This document shows positions 1 through 12,676 of a DNA stretch of 41,753 nt, piece after piece. Origin of the DNA: Nemertoderma westbladi (taxonomy: Eukaryota; Animalia; Xenacoelomorpha); NCBI GenBank assembly GCA_032718475.1, contig JAUCBJ010001808.1, positions 1 through 41,753 of the forward strand, written 5' to 3'. Numbering within the stretch: position 1 is the first letter of the stretch; each line of letters opens with the position of its first letter. The translations under genes were made by a program, and so were the position numbers. Under the pieces are notes generated by a model. That model saw only the letters and a program-made list of their open reading frames with translations. It was not told the origin of the DNA and searched no databases.

Positions 1-56
1 GGGGGGGGGGGGGGTGGGTCATATTGATAGGGATTGATTGGGTTTAATAGGGTTAA
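1..56. mobile_element. Right terminus of a piggyBac-like (CCC...GGG, TTAA) DNA transposon that continues upstream of the window
   Basis: TTTAATAGGG|TTAA at 43-56 is the reverse complement of TTAA|CCCTATTAAA at 11013-11026; both are adjacent to a poly-G run followed by GGTCAT. Confidence 0.5.
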
Positions 57-233
57 ACACTATTTAAATGTTTTGTAAAATAAAATAAGTTATAGGCCTA
101 ATAGGTCGTGAGTTATACCAAAAAATCATTAAGTTATCAACACCATGAGTCGTTATAGTGTAATTTTCTCATGATACAGACCACCCCCTCCCAAATTGTT
201 GTACATATCTTTATTATATTGCTTGAAATTTGA

Positions 234-304
234 GACACAACTATTTAAACTCACCGTCGTCGTCGTCTGGGTCATCGACGATGGTGAGTTTAAATAATTG
301 TGTC
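234..304. repeat. Inverted repeat (hairpin) with ~29-bp arms
   Basis: GACACAACTATTTAAACTCACCGTCGTCG pairs with CGACGATGGTGAGTTTAAATAATTGTGTC with 2 mismatches. Confidence 0.8.
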
Positions 305-1239
305 GGAATTTTCGATTCTGCTTTTAAATTTTCTTATACGCGTTTTATAAGAGTTGTTGCAGATTCAATCCGCTATGCATTCCCACTACAAAGTAGAAGG
401 GCGAAAATTTACCAACATTGGCAAGTGCAAATAATTGGCCAGTAAGTGATTTAATTAACTCACTTACATGGGCCCTAAACCTAATATTGCCCAATGGAAG
501 AGGAAAGTGACACGATACTGTCAACCAATGGATAGGGTACAATCAACTCTAAAGGCCACCATTATTACTATTGGTGCAATTACTAACTAACTAGTAACTG
601 ATCAGCTGATAGCAGTCTATAGTTAGTAGGCCGAACCCAACCCAGCAGGGCAGCAAGTTGACATCTCAACCCCCAGAGGCAGAGGGTGATACATTTTGTA
701 TTATGGATACAAAATATAAACCACAAACTCAATAACTAAAGACGAATATGCCAAAGCAACCCAGGAGTTGAAGATCATCACACGGGACGGTTGGCAGAAA
801 CAGTCAGACAAGGACCCCAGGGTCAAGACATCACAGTTTGCGAGGCAGTCACAGAACGATATCGGGCCAAAACACCAACTAGTCTCCTAACATACGTACC
901 AACACCGCCAGCCTGCGGCATGTCGAGGGAGGCGAGGGGCCCAATGAAATGCCGACATTCGAGCCCATGGTACGGAGTCAAACAACTGTCATGGGATCTA
1001 GGATAATAGACTTAATGTGAGTTGTTGGGGCCAAGATGCCAAGCGAGGTTTGTTGTTCTAATATGGGTTATAATAGGGTTCTAATAAGGGGTTCTAATAG
1101 TTCTGTATCTTGGTGAAAACTCAACTGATTTTTTCTTTAATTTCCACACATATTGTTAATAAACAGTATAATAGGCTTGTGTGGGGCAGTGGCACTGAAC
1201 ATGTTAAAAACTATAAGTCAGTGTTTGTTTGTAATAACT

Positions 1240-2751
1240 ATGCGCCTTGCTGCGCTTACTGTTTAAAGCTCATCTATCCCATCATAGTAGACATGTACCG
1301 TACAACAAGAGTCCCACAAGAAATGAAAACAAATAAGTTGGTGCCAGTTCCCAAGAAGGGCAACCTAACACTCTATGGTTCTTTTCGGGGAATCTCATTG
1401 ATCTCGATTGATGCAAAGCTATACAATAGAATTCTATTAAATCGCATCAGGAATCCCATTGAGAGACTGCTCCGTGGAAATCAGAATGGGTTCCGTAAAG
1501 GTCATGGGACCATGGAGCCCATTTTGGCACTTAGAAGGATAATTGAAGAGTTATCAAAAAAGAAAGTTAGGCATCTGGCTGTTATTTTGTTGACTTCTTC
1601 AAGGCCTTTGATTCAGTCTCTCGCTCACGTATGTTCAGCATACTTTCAGTATATGGGATTCCTGATGAAATTATTGCAGCAATCAGATCAGTATACGATG
1701 ATTCGACAACATTTGTGTCTACTGTTGAGTTGACGGTGACACAGAACCATTTGAAGTGATATGGGGCGTCCTCCAGGGAGACACACTTGCACCATTCTTG
1801 TTCATAATTGTTGTTGACTATGTTCTACGCATGTCCTTAGATCATCATAATGATGATGGGGTGATGATAACTCCACCTACTGGCTCCAGAAGTCGAGGAA
1901 ATCCTGCCAAGTACCTAACTGATCGAGACTTTGCTGATGACTTAAGAGTACTCTCAGAATCACTAGAGGGAGCCCAACGGCTCCTCAGCTCATTAGAACA
2001 TGCTGCTTCGAGTGTTGGTCTTTTTATTAACTCCAGAAAGACCAAAATTTTGACAGTTAACTTTGAAAGTCCTCAGCAAGTCTCTGATCGGATGAGCATA
2101 AGCTCAAAAGATGGTATGCTTGAGCATGTGGATGACTTCTGTTACCTGGGATCATAGATCCGGAAGTCAGGTGAGGACCTTCGAATACGTAAGGGAAAGG
2201 CATTGGTAGCCTTGAACAGGCATTCCAGGATTTGGAAGTCACCGAGAATTAATCGGAAACTTAAGGTCCGGTTATTTAGAGCAGCAGTAGTTCCAGTACT
2301 CCTCTATGGGAGTCCATGCTGGGCTCTAACTGCTGAGGACACCAAATCTCTGGATGGCACATTCACAAGAATGCTACGCCGGGTTCATTGTGTCAAGTAC
2401 AATGCACACATCTCCAACCAGACACTATATAACATTGGAGGTGTCTCATTGGTTCCCCCAAGCTTGACACTAGTACAAAATCGCCTCAGCTTTGCAGGAC
2501 ATTGCTTTCGCCGTGAGGACCAGCCAGTGCATAATCTTGTACTTTGGCAGCCTCATGGAGTGAATAAGCATGGTGGACAGCCCATGACTTTCTTGAGACG
2601 CATCTTAAAGGACACTGGCCTTGAAGATGCGGATGATCTAGCAAATGTCATGGGTGATAGGGAGTTGTGGCGGTGCAATTTTGTCGATAAGCCGGCACAG
2701 CATTCTTAAAAATGCAGCTGCAATGCAGCATGCCGATCCTAGTACTAGTAG
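1240..2751 (+). mobile_element. 5'-truncated, frameshifted RTE/RTEX-like non-LTR retrotransposon (reverse transcriptase and C-terminus)
   Basis: ORFs 1110-1733, 1756-2157 and 2203-2709 carry RT motifs VPVPKKG..FRGISL, QNGFR, GVLQGDTLAPFLF, DFADD, FCYLGS and C-terminal VLLYGS..W, RLSFAGHC, DR..WR; short 3' UTR ends in a (TAG)-like tail. Confidence 0.85.
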
Positions 2752-2922
2752 CGCTTACTGTAGCAATGAAATCAACAACTGAACTAAAATATCTATTTTA
2801 TGATATTATATGTGATTTGCATCAAGAGAACTAACTCTGGGTGATGCACATGCCAACTTATTACAGGCTTCTGATGATGGCTATTGCCTGACTACAGATC
2901 TCATTAATTAGCAGCAGTAATG

Positions 2923-4796
2923 TGTGACAAATCGATGTTTGACTAATCAATGTAGTTAGTTTTCCCTTAACAAGACAGTGGCACAATATTACGGGTTCAC
3001 CAATAGTGACTAACCCCTGTACAATAGCGCCATGAAATAATGTCCAGATAGGCGCTCTATAAATTATTATTATTATTATTATTACAATCTAGGCGCAATT
3101 GATAAACAATACATATAATACGTTTACTGAATGGCAATATTATAGTTTGCACAACACAATGATCTTGCCTGGTTTGGCTACAAGGCACTATTGCTATCTG
3201 GACTTTGTTAGGTCGTAATCCTCTTATTGGTGGGTGATTATTACTGCCGTTAAATGGCTGATGGCTAATAGGGTTACATATTGGTTTCTGGGGTGGTGAA
3301 GTGCATATATGGATAATCTCGTAACATTCCCCCCTAATACAACATTTAAAGTTTCCCTGGAATTTGTATCTCTCTACAGGTGCACTTCGTCATCTGGCAA
3401 GTGATTGATTATGTAATCACTATGTGGTCGTATATCGGTCATCAGGAAATCAAAGCGGATTGGCTCAGTGTCTGTCATTCCTCCGCAGATCCACTGCTAA
3501 CACTTAACATCACGTAACACCAGATAATAATACCCGTAATAACACCAGAAAGGCAGACTGCTTGGGCAGTCCTAGTCTAGTAGTTTGAGCTTTTTGACCC
3601 TCTGTGTGTCTGCTTGCCCCTTGCAATCCCTTTCAGGATTGGTCATCAGGAATGCAAAGTGGCTTGGCTCAGTGTCTGTTGTTCCTTTGCGGATCCACTG
3701 CTACCAGCTCATTCTGAGTCCTTTCCAGGGTCGTAATAACGCCAGACAGCAGACTACTTGGGAAGTCCAAGTCTAACCCAGTCAAGTCTTTTGACCCTCC
3801 GCATGTCCACTCGCCTTTCGCAATCCTTTTCAGGATCGGTCATCAGCAATGCAAATTGGTTACAAAGAGTTGTGCATACAACAGGACTGTTTGGGCAGTC
3901 GAAGTATGTCCCTGCCTGTTGCCAGTATCCAATCAACTGTTCTTTTACAGGTGCAGCAGGATAAGAGGTTGGCTACCAGTCTTGGCTATCAGAGCGCCAC
4001 CTACCTGAAGCAGATTGCTTAGAATTCTGGACCCTATGATGCACTTTCATCTCCGCTCTTCTTTTTGCATCTCGATCTTCCATTTCGGCCACTCTTTTGC
4101 ATATCCACTTTCATTTCTGCTTCTCTTTTCCGTTTTCGGCCTCTCCTTTTCACACTTCCACTTCCCTTTTTGTCTCCATTTCTTGATGCTTTTTGTCCAT
4201 CGGGTTTGTTAAGTTATAGTCTGTCAAGTTGTAGTTGTGCAAACTCGTTATCCATTCACACCTTCAGAACTCGAGCTCTCTGTTCATGGACTTCGACCTT
4301 GGCTCCTGGAGTTAATTCCTCAGTGAATTCACTGAGGTTGCACTCCTAAAGCTGCATATTCTGATTGCCTGGAAGAATGGTGGCTCCTCTTTGTAGTTGA
4401 CCATCTCGTGGTAATTGGGGATTAGGAATCTGCAGCTCTTTCATTCTTACGATAGAACTGTTCCTTGTAGTTCCTTACGAGATGAGGTCGTAGAGGTGTT
4501 TTAGATGTTATTCCTACTTGGAAAAGTTATCCTCATCATCTTTTATGACTAAACTCATGTAGGATTGAGTGGACCATTCGCACTTTCTTATGGCACTCCT
4601 AAACTTTTGTAGTTGTTGGTGGACATCGTTAACCGGAGTATTGTAGTAGTTTTTCGATCCTGGAATAGGCCCTCATGACTAGACCATTAACAGTTCCCAA
4701 TTTACAGGCCACATTGTGAGCGTCCAGCTCATGTTCTGAGTCTGAGTCTGTTTGACAATCGTTCCCGCTTGGTATAGATAAGTCATTGTCCATCAT
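2923..4796 (-). mobile_element. Degenerate LTR retrotransposon remnant (possibly BEL/Pao): putative 3' LTR 2923-3326 and decayed gag-like region
   Basis: On the minus strand a polypurine tract (AGGGGGGAA, 3335-3327) directly precedes TGTTAC (3326), and GTCACA ends at 2923; upstream minus frames give stop-riddled charged, coiled-coil gag-like peptides. Confidence 0.35.
3434..3861. repeat. Diverged ~200-bp tandem repeat (about 2.2 copies)
   Basis: GGTCATCAG(G/C)AA recurs at ~3437, ~3641 and ~3838, with downstream similarity (TGGCTCAGTGTCTGT, GATCCACTGCTA). Confidence 0.7.
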
Positions 4797-4939
4797 TCTA
4801 AAGCTGCTCGTATTAATAGATACGCGATTGCATAGAACAGTTTGAATATAAGGAGTTCACGGTGTAAATCTATCATACAGGGATGATAACACAGTTTGTT
4901 ATTATTTTTGTATGGTAACATTGTATTTTAAATCCATCG

Positions 4940-5910
4940 GCTTTATTATAATATAATAATATACACTCCCCAACGGGGTAAATGAAATTCGGTAAAATCA
5001 ATATTATTTTAACAGTAAAATGGATATAAAATAAAATAAATATTAGTTTCGTAAGTTAATGGTCGAGGCGAGAACTGCGAGGTTGGGACAAGCGGCGCAG
5101 TTAAGGGCGTGGTAGCGGTTCCCACATTGGTTGTGGCAGTGGCGGCACAGACAGTCTACAGAGATGGTGTGGAAGCGAGTGTTGGTGGCGCAGATCAGAT
5201 GGTGGAATCCGTGCGACGTGGCCCGGGTGATGTGGTGGCGATTCCGTTGGCCCGGTTGCTTCCATACGGAACAAGCAAAGGCAGGGCCGTTTAGGTAGCC
5301 TTCCGATATGACGTTGGCTTCGCGTTCGCGCCGGAAATCGAGGTATGCTGTGCGGACGTTGGCAGTGATTAGGTCCGGGTATTTATTTATGACGGTTTCC
5401 ATTAGAGAGATTTCCCCAACTAACATTAAAGCGAGAGTGGAGGAGGATGACGAGTGCAGTGACAACATTCTCTTGATATAACTTGTTTTAATTTTGTCCA
5501 GTTCCTTTAGATTTTTGAAAGTAAGATATTTGCCATACGATGTTATGAGATATAGTGCTGCGGGGTAGATTTTCATGTTAAATATTTTTAGTCCTGTTTC
5601 GATTGAGAGAAGCGGGAGGTGTCGCATGGAGCCAGTAATTGAGTGAGCCTTTATTTTCTTTTGCTGGATGTGTTCTGTGAAACATAGAGAAGGTTGTAGA
5701 ATTAAACCGAGATATTCATATTTGTTTACGATTTCAATTATTTTCCCATCATAGGTGAATTTATCAGAAAGGGCGAGGCGACCGGCTTTTCGAAACTTTA
5801 TAATTTTAGTCTTTTTAAGATTGACCGTCATACCATTGATTAGACACCAGCTGTGTAAGGCATTAAGGGCGCGCTGTAGTTCTTCGCGGTTGTCGGAGTA
5901 GAGCACTAGC
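4940..5910 (-). mobile_element. 3' fragment of a non-LTR retrotransposon (L2/Daphne/Crack-like RT end and C-terminal Cys/His motif)
   Basis: ORF 5043-5906: LQRALNALHSWC..NGMTVNLKKTKIIKF, YEYLG, C-terminal CRHC..YHALNC; 3' UTR with a stem-loop and AT-rich tail. Confidence 0.8.
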
Positions 5911-6359
5911 GCACATCGGCTTTATTATCTTATTGAATTTCTTTACCACTGCTGCAATCACGGGGTCTTCCAAAATAAACACCCTGTCCTGTAACACTTG
6001 TTCCTCCAGCCTGGGGACTTTGTTCTCCAGTGTGAGACCTCGCCCCCCCCCCCCCCCCCCAACCCCGACCTCAGATACCTTCCAAGAACATACACGATAT
6101 AAATCCCATCCCAATCTGTTATATATCTCTGTATTGCTTACTCAAAATCCTGGATTGGGGCAAAAATATAGGTACAAATTTTTTCGTCCTAGCTTTGTAT
6201 ATTCTTATTATTATTATATTTCACCCTCTGCTTGAAGAAGCCCGTGACTTTTATAACAACAGAACTGTAGTTTAGCAATAATGTATTAAATATAAACTGA
6301 AATCTATAACTCTTCTATAATAATAATTTAATTCTCTCCTTATTAACTGATAAACTATA

Positions 6360-8644
6360 GCATAGCATATGCTATGCTATATGCTATGCTATATGCTATG
6401 ATATATGCTATGCTATATGCTATGCTATATGCTATGCTATATGCTATGCTATATGCTATGCTATGCTATGCTATGCTATGCTATGCTATGCTATGCTATG
6501 ATATGATATGCTATGCTATGCGATGCTATGTTATGCTATTCTATGCTATGCTATGCTATGCTATGCTATGCTATGCTATGCTATGCTATGCTATGCTATG
6601 CTATGCTATGCTATGCTATGCTATGCTATGCTATGCTATGCTATGCTATGCTATGCTATGCTATGCTATGCTATGCTATGCTATGCTATGCTATGCTATG
6701 CTATGCTATGCTATGCTATGCTATGCTATGCTATGCTATGCTATGCTATGCTATGCTATGCTATGCTATGCTATGCTATGCTATGCTATGCTATGCTATG
6801 CTATGCTATGCTATGCTATGCTATGCTATGCTATGCTATGCTATGCTATGCTATGCTATGCTATGCTATGCTATGCTATGCTATGATATGCTATGCTATG
6901 CTATGCTATGCTATGCTATGCTATGCTATGCTATGCTATGCTATGCTATGCTATGCTATGCTATGCTATGCTATGCTATGCTATGCTATGCTATGCTATG
7001 CTATGCTATGCTATGCTATGCTATGCTATGCTATGCTATGCTATGCTATGCTATGCTATGCTATGCTATGCTATGCTATGCTATGCTATGCTATGCTATG
7101 CTATGCTATGCTATGCTATGCTATGCTATGCTATGCTATGCTATGCTATGCTATGCTATGCTATGCTATGCTATGCTATGCTATGCTATGCTATGCTATG
7201 CTATGCTATGCTATGCTATGCTATGCTATGCTATGCTATGCTATGCTATGCTATGCTATGCTATGCTATGCTATGCTATGCTATGCTATGCTATGCTATG
7301 CTATGCTATGCTATGCTATGCTATGCTATGCTATGCTATGCTATGCTATGCTATGCTATGCTATGCTATGCTATGCTATGCTATGCTATGCTATGCTATG
7401 CTATGCTATGCTATGCTATGCTATGCTATGCTATGCTATGCTATGCTATGCTATGCTATGCTATGCTATGCTATGCTATGCTATGCTATGCTATGCTATG
7501 CTATGCTATGCTATGCTATGCTATGCTATGCTATGCTATGCTATGCTATGCTATGCTATGCTATGCTATGCTATGCTATGCTATGCTATGCTATGCTATG
7601 CTATGCTATGCTATGCTATGCTATGCTATGCTATGCTATGCTATGCTATGCTATGCTATGCTATGCTATGCTATGCTATGCTATGCTATGCTATGCTATG
7701 CTATGCTATGCTATGCTATGCTATGCTATGCTATGCTATGCTATGCTATGCTATGCTATGCTATGCTATGCTATGCTATGCTATGCTATGCTATGCTATG
7801 CTATGCTATGCTATGCTATGCTATGCTATGCTATGCTATGCTATGCTATGCTATGCTATGCTATGCTATGCTATGCTATGCTATGCTATGCTATGCTATG
7901 CTATGCTATGCTATGCTATGCTATGCTATGCTATGCTATGCTATGCTATGCTATGCTATGCTATGCTATGCTATGCTATGCTATGCTATGCTATGCTATG
8001 CTATGCTATGCTATGCTATGCTATGCTATGCTATGCTATGCTATGCTATGCTATGCTATGCTATGCTATGCTATGCTATGCTATGCTATGCTATGCTATG
8101 CTATGCTATGCTATGCTATGCTATGCTATGCTATGCTATGCTATGCTATGCTATGCTATGCTATGCTATGCTATGCTATGCTATGCTATGCTATGCTATG
8201 CTATGCTATGCTATGCTATGCTATGCTATGCTATGCTATGCTATGCTATGCTATGCTATGCTATGCTATGCTATGCTATGCTATGCTATGCTATGCTATG
8301 CTATGCTATGCTATGCTATGCTATGCTATGCTATGCTATGCTATGCTATGCTATGCTATGCTATGCTATGCTATGCTATGCTATGCTATGCTATGCTATG
8401 CTATGCTATGCTATGCTATGCTATGCTATGCTATGCTATGCTATGCTATGCTATGCTATGCTATGCTATGCTATGCTATGCTATGCTATGCTATGCTATG
8501 CTATGCTATGCTATGCTATGCTATGCTATGCTATGCTATGCTATGCTATGCTATGCTATGCTATGCTATGCTATGCTATGCTATGCTATGCTATGCTATG
8601 CTATGCTATGCTATGCTATGCTATGCTATGCTATGCTATGCTAT
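6360..8644. repeat. (CTATG)n pentanucleotide array, ~2.28 kb, ~450 units
   Basis: Directly visible; nearly perfect after 6541, with a 12-bp period (ATATGCTATGCT) over the first ~100 bp. Confidence 0.99.
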
Positions 8645-10458
8645 AAACTATATTTTTATAATATATTATATATATTAAATATATTATATTATATTTTTTA
8701 TAATTTAAAGTAATTTTGAATATTGTAATATCGATTATAACTGGGAGGATGACTGATGCAGAGAAGTTTGTCTACCTCCGTACAGAGGTACTCCAGATGG
8801 TCCGGAAAATCAATGAAATTAATAGTGCCTCTCACGAGGAGGAAACCCAAATAACGGATAAACTCATGGAATTGACATTAATATTCACAGTAACTTTAGG
8901 GAAGGCAGTTTGCGGCAGAGAGGGCTACTCTCTGCCACTCCAAGAGGCCAACAACTCACTCTAGTTTCCACGCAACCAATCTTCATTTGGTACAGATCCC
9001 GCCGTCTACCAGTCAGCCAGTGGATGCCAGTAACGCAACCCAAACCCAACCCAAGCCTCTCCAACCACCGACTCGGAATGGCAACATGTCTCTCCCCCAC
9101 TATCGCCATACCACCAGTCAGAGGCAGTAAGGTAGGTAGAAGTCTCCACACAGCTAAACAAGCGATCCAAACCTCGCAATGAAAATGTCACATTCTTATA
9201 GGGAGGCTTAATGGACCACTCACGGGGGGACATCGATCAGCATTCGAAACTATAGCCTAACCAGGGAGGAATGGGTTCGGTATGTGGGTAAACCCCATAC
9301 TCTACAATCCTCGCTTCTCCTCTAGCCTCAAATCCTCCTCATTCGGGGGACTAAAATCACTCACCTCCTCACTCAGGCTCCCAACGACTCTCACCTCCTT
9401 GGTGGGGATCCTAACGTCTCCCGCCTCCCCAGAACTATTGATACAATTTTCTCTTTAGAATATAGATAGAGGGTATCAACTATATCAAAAAAAATCTTAC
9501 TAGGGGAAGAGGGAGGGTAGAGCAAACTTTATTGAAGAGTTTAAATTGTCATTACAGGAGAAGCAAATTAGCTATGAAAGATCCAAATACATATTTGAGA
9601 CCATCTTGGGCCAAAAAGTTCAGAAATCATGTTGAAATTTGATTTCTGTGCAGTCCAGACCTAAAATCCAGACCAGACCAAACTTTGCCATGGTGTCACA
9701 TAGGTGTCTGTTCATTGTGAACTACTTAACAAGTTATAGGGAAAAGATATGGAAAAATGAGGCCTATCACAATAGAAATACAGTCCATTTCTCAATCAAA
9801 GCATCATAGCATGAAAACTTTTCAATGAAACATAAATAAAAATTTTCAAATAGTTCTCATATGAATTATCTTCAAAATGAATAATAACCACCTTCTCAGA
9901 ATGATGACTTCTCAAGAAATAGGATTTTTAAAATCCCCAATCGGGTAAATTGTTGTTTCCCAGAAAACGCGTTTAAAGATAAAGGTATAGAAATCAGGTC
10001 ATAAATATCGATAATATTTCAAAATTAGAGATCTATGATGTTTAAACTATATTATTTTCATTATTTATTAAAAGCCTGGTCACATTCAGATGGAATTATG
10101 AAAACACCCATAGTAAATAACAATAGTCATAGGGAGGGCCAATCACCTACTACCCGTTATTTATGACTGCATTGTGGTATTTTGCTGGAAGCTTGAAGAT
10201 GGCTTAACAAATGCCCTGTTATTCAATAATCATATATCTATATCAAGATATGCTCTTTAATGTGAAATTATCCATTTAAGCATCAATAAGTCTGAAAATT
10301 TACAGAAATTTACAACAACAATCTTCATCATATTTATCAATCAATACTGCAATAGATTGGACACAAACACTTCTTCTAACCGATAGATTGGACACAAACA
10401 TTTCTTCTACCCGATCCCAATACGTTTTTGACAACATGATTTGACAATCCTGTTCTCT

Positions 10459-10935
10459 TTACAATTCTCCAAATCCATCAGGAACATAAGCTTTACTTGT
10501 AGATGGAATGCTTATAGTTTGCTTCCTACTATGTGATTGTTTATTTAGGATGGGTGTACCTATCTTCCTGACCCTTTTAGCTTTCGCTTTTATTGCAGGC
10601 TTCCTCTTCCTTTGATAGCTCGCAGTTTGAAGTGGATTAGGATTTGATAAGTCATGGGTTGCTTTAGCAATAACAGTTGCCTTATGTTTAGCTCTTTTTG
10701 CAGCTGTTCCTATAGGTTTTGAAGCTCGTTTGAGGTCTTTTCGAACAGACAAACTGACAGAGGAAACCGTATGGTTCTAGGTTGATAGTCGTTGATGGGT
10801 TGATACTTTTGTCACCTGGATAGAACTCAACGCTATTACATATTTTCGATCTTATACCATAGTCAAGGATTTGTCCAGTTTCCATAGAAATTACAAAACC
10901 TGCACCATCATGGAGGGAAGTATGGCCTCTGGATA
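10459..10935 (-). pseudogene. Internally deleted Kolobok-type (Mutator-like DDE) transposase fragment
   Basis: Minus translation SRGHTSLHDGAGFVISMETGQILDYGIRSKIC resembles the RGHxSxxG..ISxxTGKVLDxxxxSKxC motif; the basic C-terminus ends in YVPDGF. Confidence 0.55.
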
Positions 10936-11016
10936 AATATCATATGGATAAAATATGGGTATATGGGTTTAATATGGGCAATAATAAAATATGGGCATAT
11001 GGGTAACTAATATTAA

Positions 11017-12395
11017 CCCTATTAAATCCAGGGGGGGGGGGGGGGTCATTATGACCCTTCCCGTGGTTTTTTGGTTATAACTATGAAACAAAACGCAGTT
11101 GTGAATCTGAAATTTTACGACTTTTCCTATAAATCTATTGTCTTCCTAATAGTGAAAACGGGTTTCAAAAATATTTGGAAGTTTTCGAGATATATCACCA
11201 TTTTTAAACCCTACTTTTGGCACTTTTTTGAGGCGTTTTTTGAAAATTAGATTTCATGAAATATGATTTGTAACATCTCTATTTTTGATTTACACCGGTT
11301 TTTTGGTGTTTACAATTAGATGGAATTCATATAAATAAATTTAGGAATTTCAAACTTGTTTTTTTTCGGCGGGTACCAATTTTGAGGCCTGCACCAATTT
11401 TGAAATATGTCAATTTTGTAAATTGATTCTTTGAACCTGTTTTTTGCGCAATAGAGGTTTTTTGGGGTTCTAGTTTTGATGGAATATTTACTAGTTGCAC
11501 CAGGAGTATCAAACTTGTATTTTCAAACTTATCTTATTCAAATTCAAATTTTCAAATTATCAAACTTGCATGAAATTTTGAAAATCCATTCAATATTTAA
11601 ATTGCTTGTGACAACTTATGTCTCGCGTTTATAGGTTTATGTTTCTTGTTTCCTGCGTTTTTCGGGTTTGTGAGGGTTCTGAATTCAATGGAATAAGGAA
11701 AAATTGCATAAGGGTTTTCAAACTTGTATTTTTCGCCGGTGGGTGAAAATTGTTGTGCCAGCACCAAATTTTTAAAAATAAGCAAATTGATCAATAGATA
11801 GTATCATCTTGTTTCTTGCGTTATACGGGTTTATGAGGGTCCTGAATCCAATGGAATCAATAAAAACCGCACTGGACATCTCAAACTTGTAATTTTTTGT
11901 GATGGGTACGAATTTTGGTTCTATAGCACCAAAATTTGCCATATTACGCCAAAAAATACGTTAGCAATGATCTGGGAAATTAGAAATGTATTCCATTAGA
12001 ATCAGCGCCCCAGAAAACCTAAAATTGTGAATTTATACCATTGTATAAGTGAATTAAAATGTTGTGTTCAAACCGAAAAGTGCTGGATACTTGTTTTTTT
12101 CAATTTTTTGCTTACGTAGAGGACTAAAACAGCCATTTATACTACGTAGTTTATTTTTAAATATTTTCCAATGGATTTTACGCACCAGAAAACCTGTAGT
12201 GAACAAAAATTAGCCGAAAATTGTAACTTTCAAATTTTATGAAAATTGTTCACCACTTGTAATTTTGGTGCTGCAAAATATCCACCCCAGTACGTATTTT
12301 GGAATTTTTTTTTGGTCGGATTCAGACTAGTGAGATCTACGTACAGACAAAAAAATCTGACCTCATCCTATTATCCTCGCTATGCCCTTCAATGT
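11017..12395. mobile_element. Left part of a non-autonomous piggyBac-like DNA transposon (same terminus family as 1-56); right boundary uncertain
   Basis: TTAA|CCCTATTAAA terminus; non-coding AT-rich interior with recurring motifs (TCAAACTTGTA, GAATYCAATGGAAT); interrupted by LINE sequence at ~12400. Confidence 0.45.
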
Positions 12396-12676
12396 ATGCT
12401 TATAATATATTGGCAACATGCCGCAAATCTGGAAGACCTGTGTCATAAAAGTCCTCTATAAAGGCAAGGGCAGTGTAAACGATCCCAGCAATTATAGAGG
12501 GATAGCAATGATCTGCACGATAATATTGCATTATATATATTGTATTATACACGAAAATATTGACCTCCATGATAAACTCGTCAAAGATTTGGCACTTGCT
12601 TCCCCCAGAGCAATATGGTTTTATACCAGGTCGATCAACAACACTAGCGATCAAGCAGTTTACCGACTTAATATAA

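Noticed and set aside
560-1110. 71-aa ORF 791-1006 and surrounding GC-richer DNA
   Set aside because: TTG start, no recognisable motif, and no boundaries to support a call.
2870-2900. CTGATGA-GGC-TATT-GCC resembling a minimal hammerhead ribozyme
   Set aside because: The required GAAA core after stem II is missing.
6360-8644. Array as a telomeric repeat
   Set aside because: Not a G-rich telomere motif I recognise, and it is interstitial with unique flanks.
6374-8713. Long (MLCYA)n ORFs of 170-721 aa
   Set aside because: Translation artefacts of the stop-free (CTATG)n repeat in all three frames.
8716-9430. GC-richer segment with short overlapping ORFs
   Set aside because: Probably a decayed mobile-element fragment, but no motif or termini could be identified.
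1-11030. TIR-like ends at 43-56 and 11013-11026 as one 11-kb element
   Set aside because: They face outward, so they belong to two separate copies.
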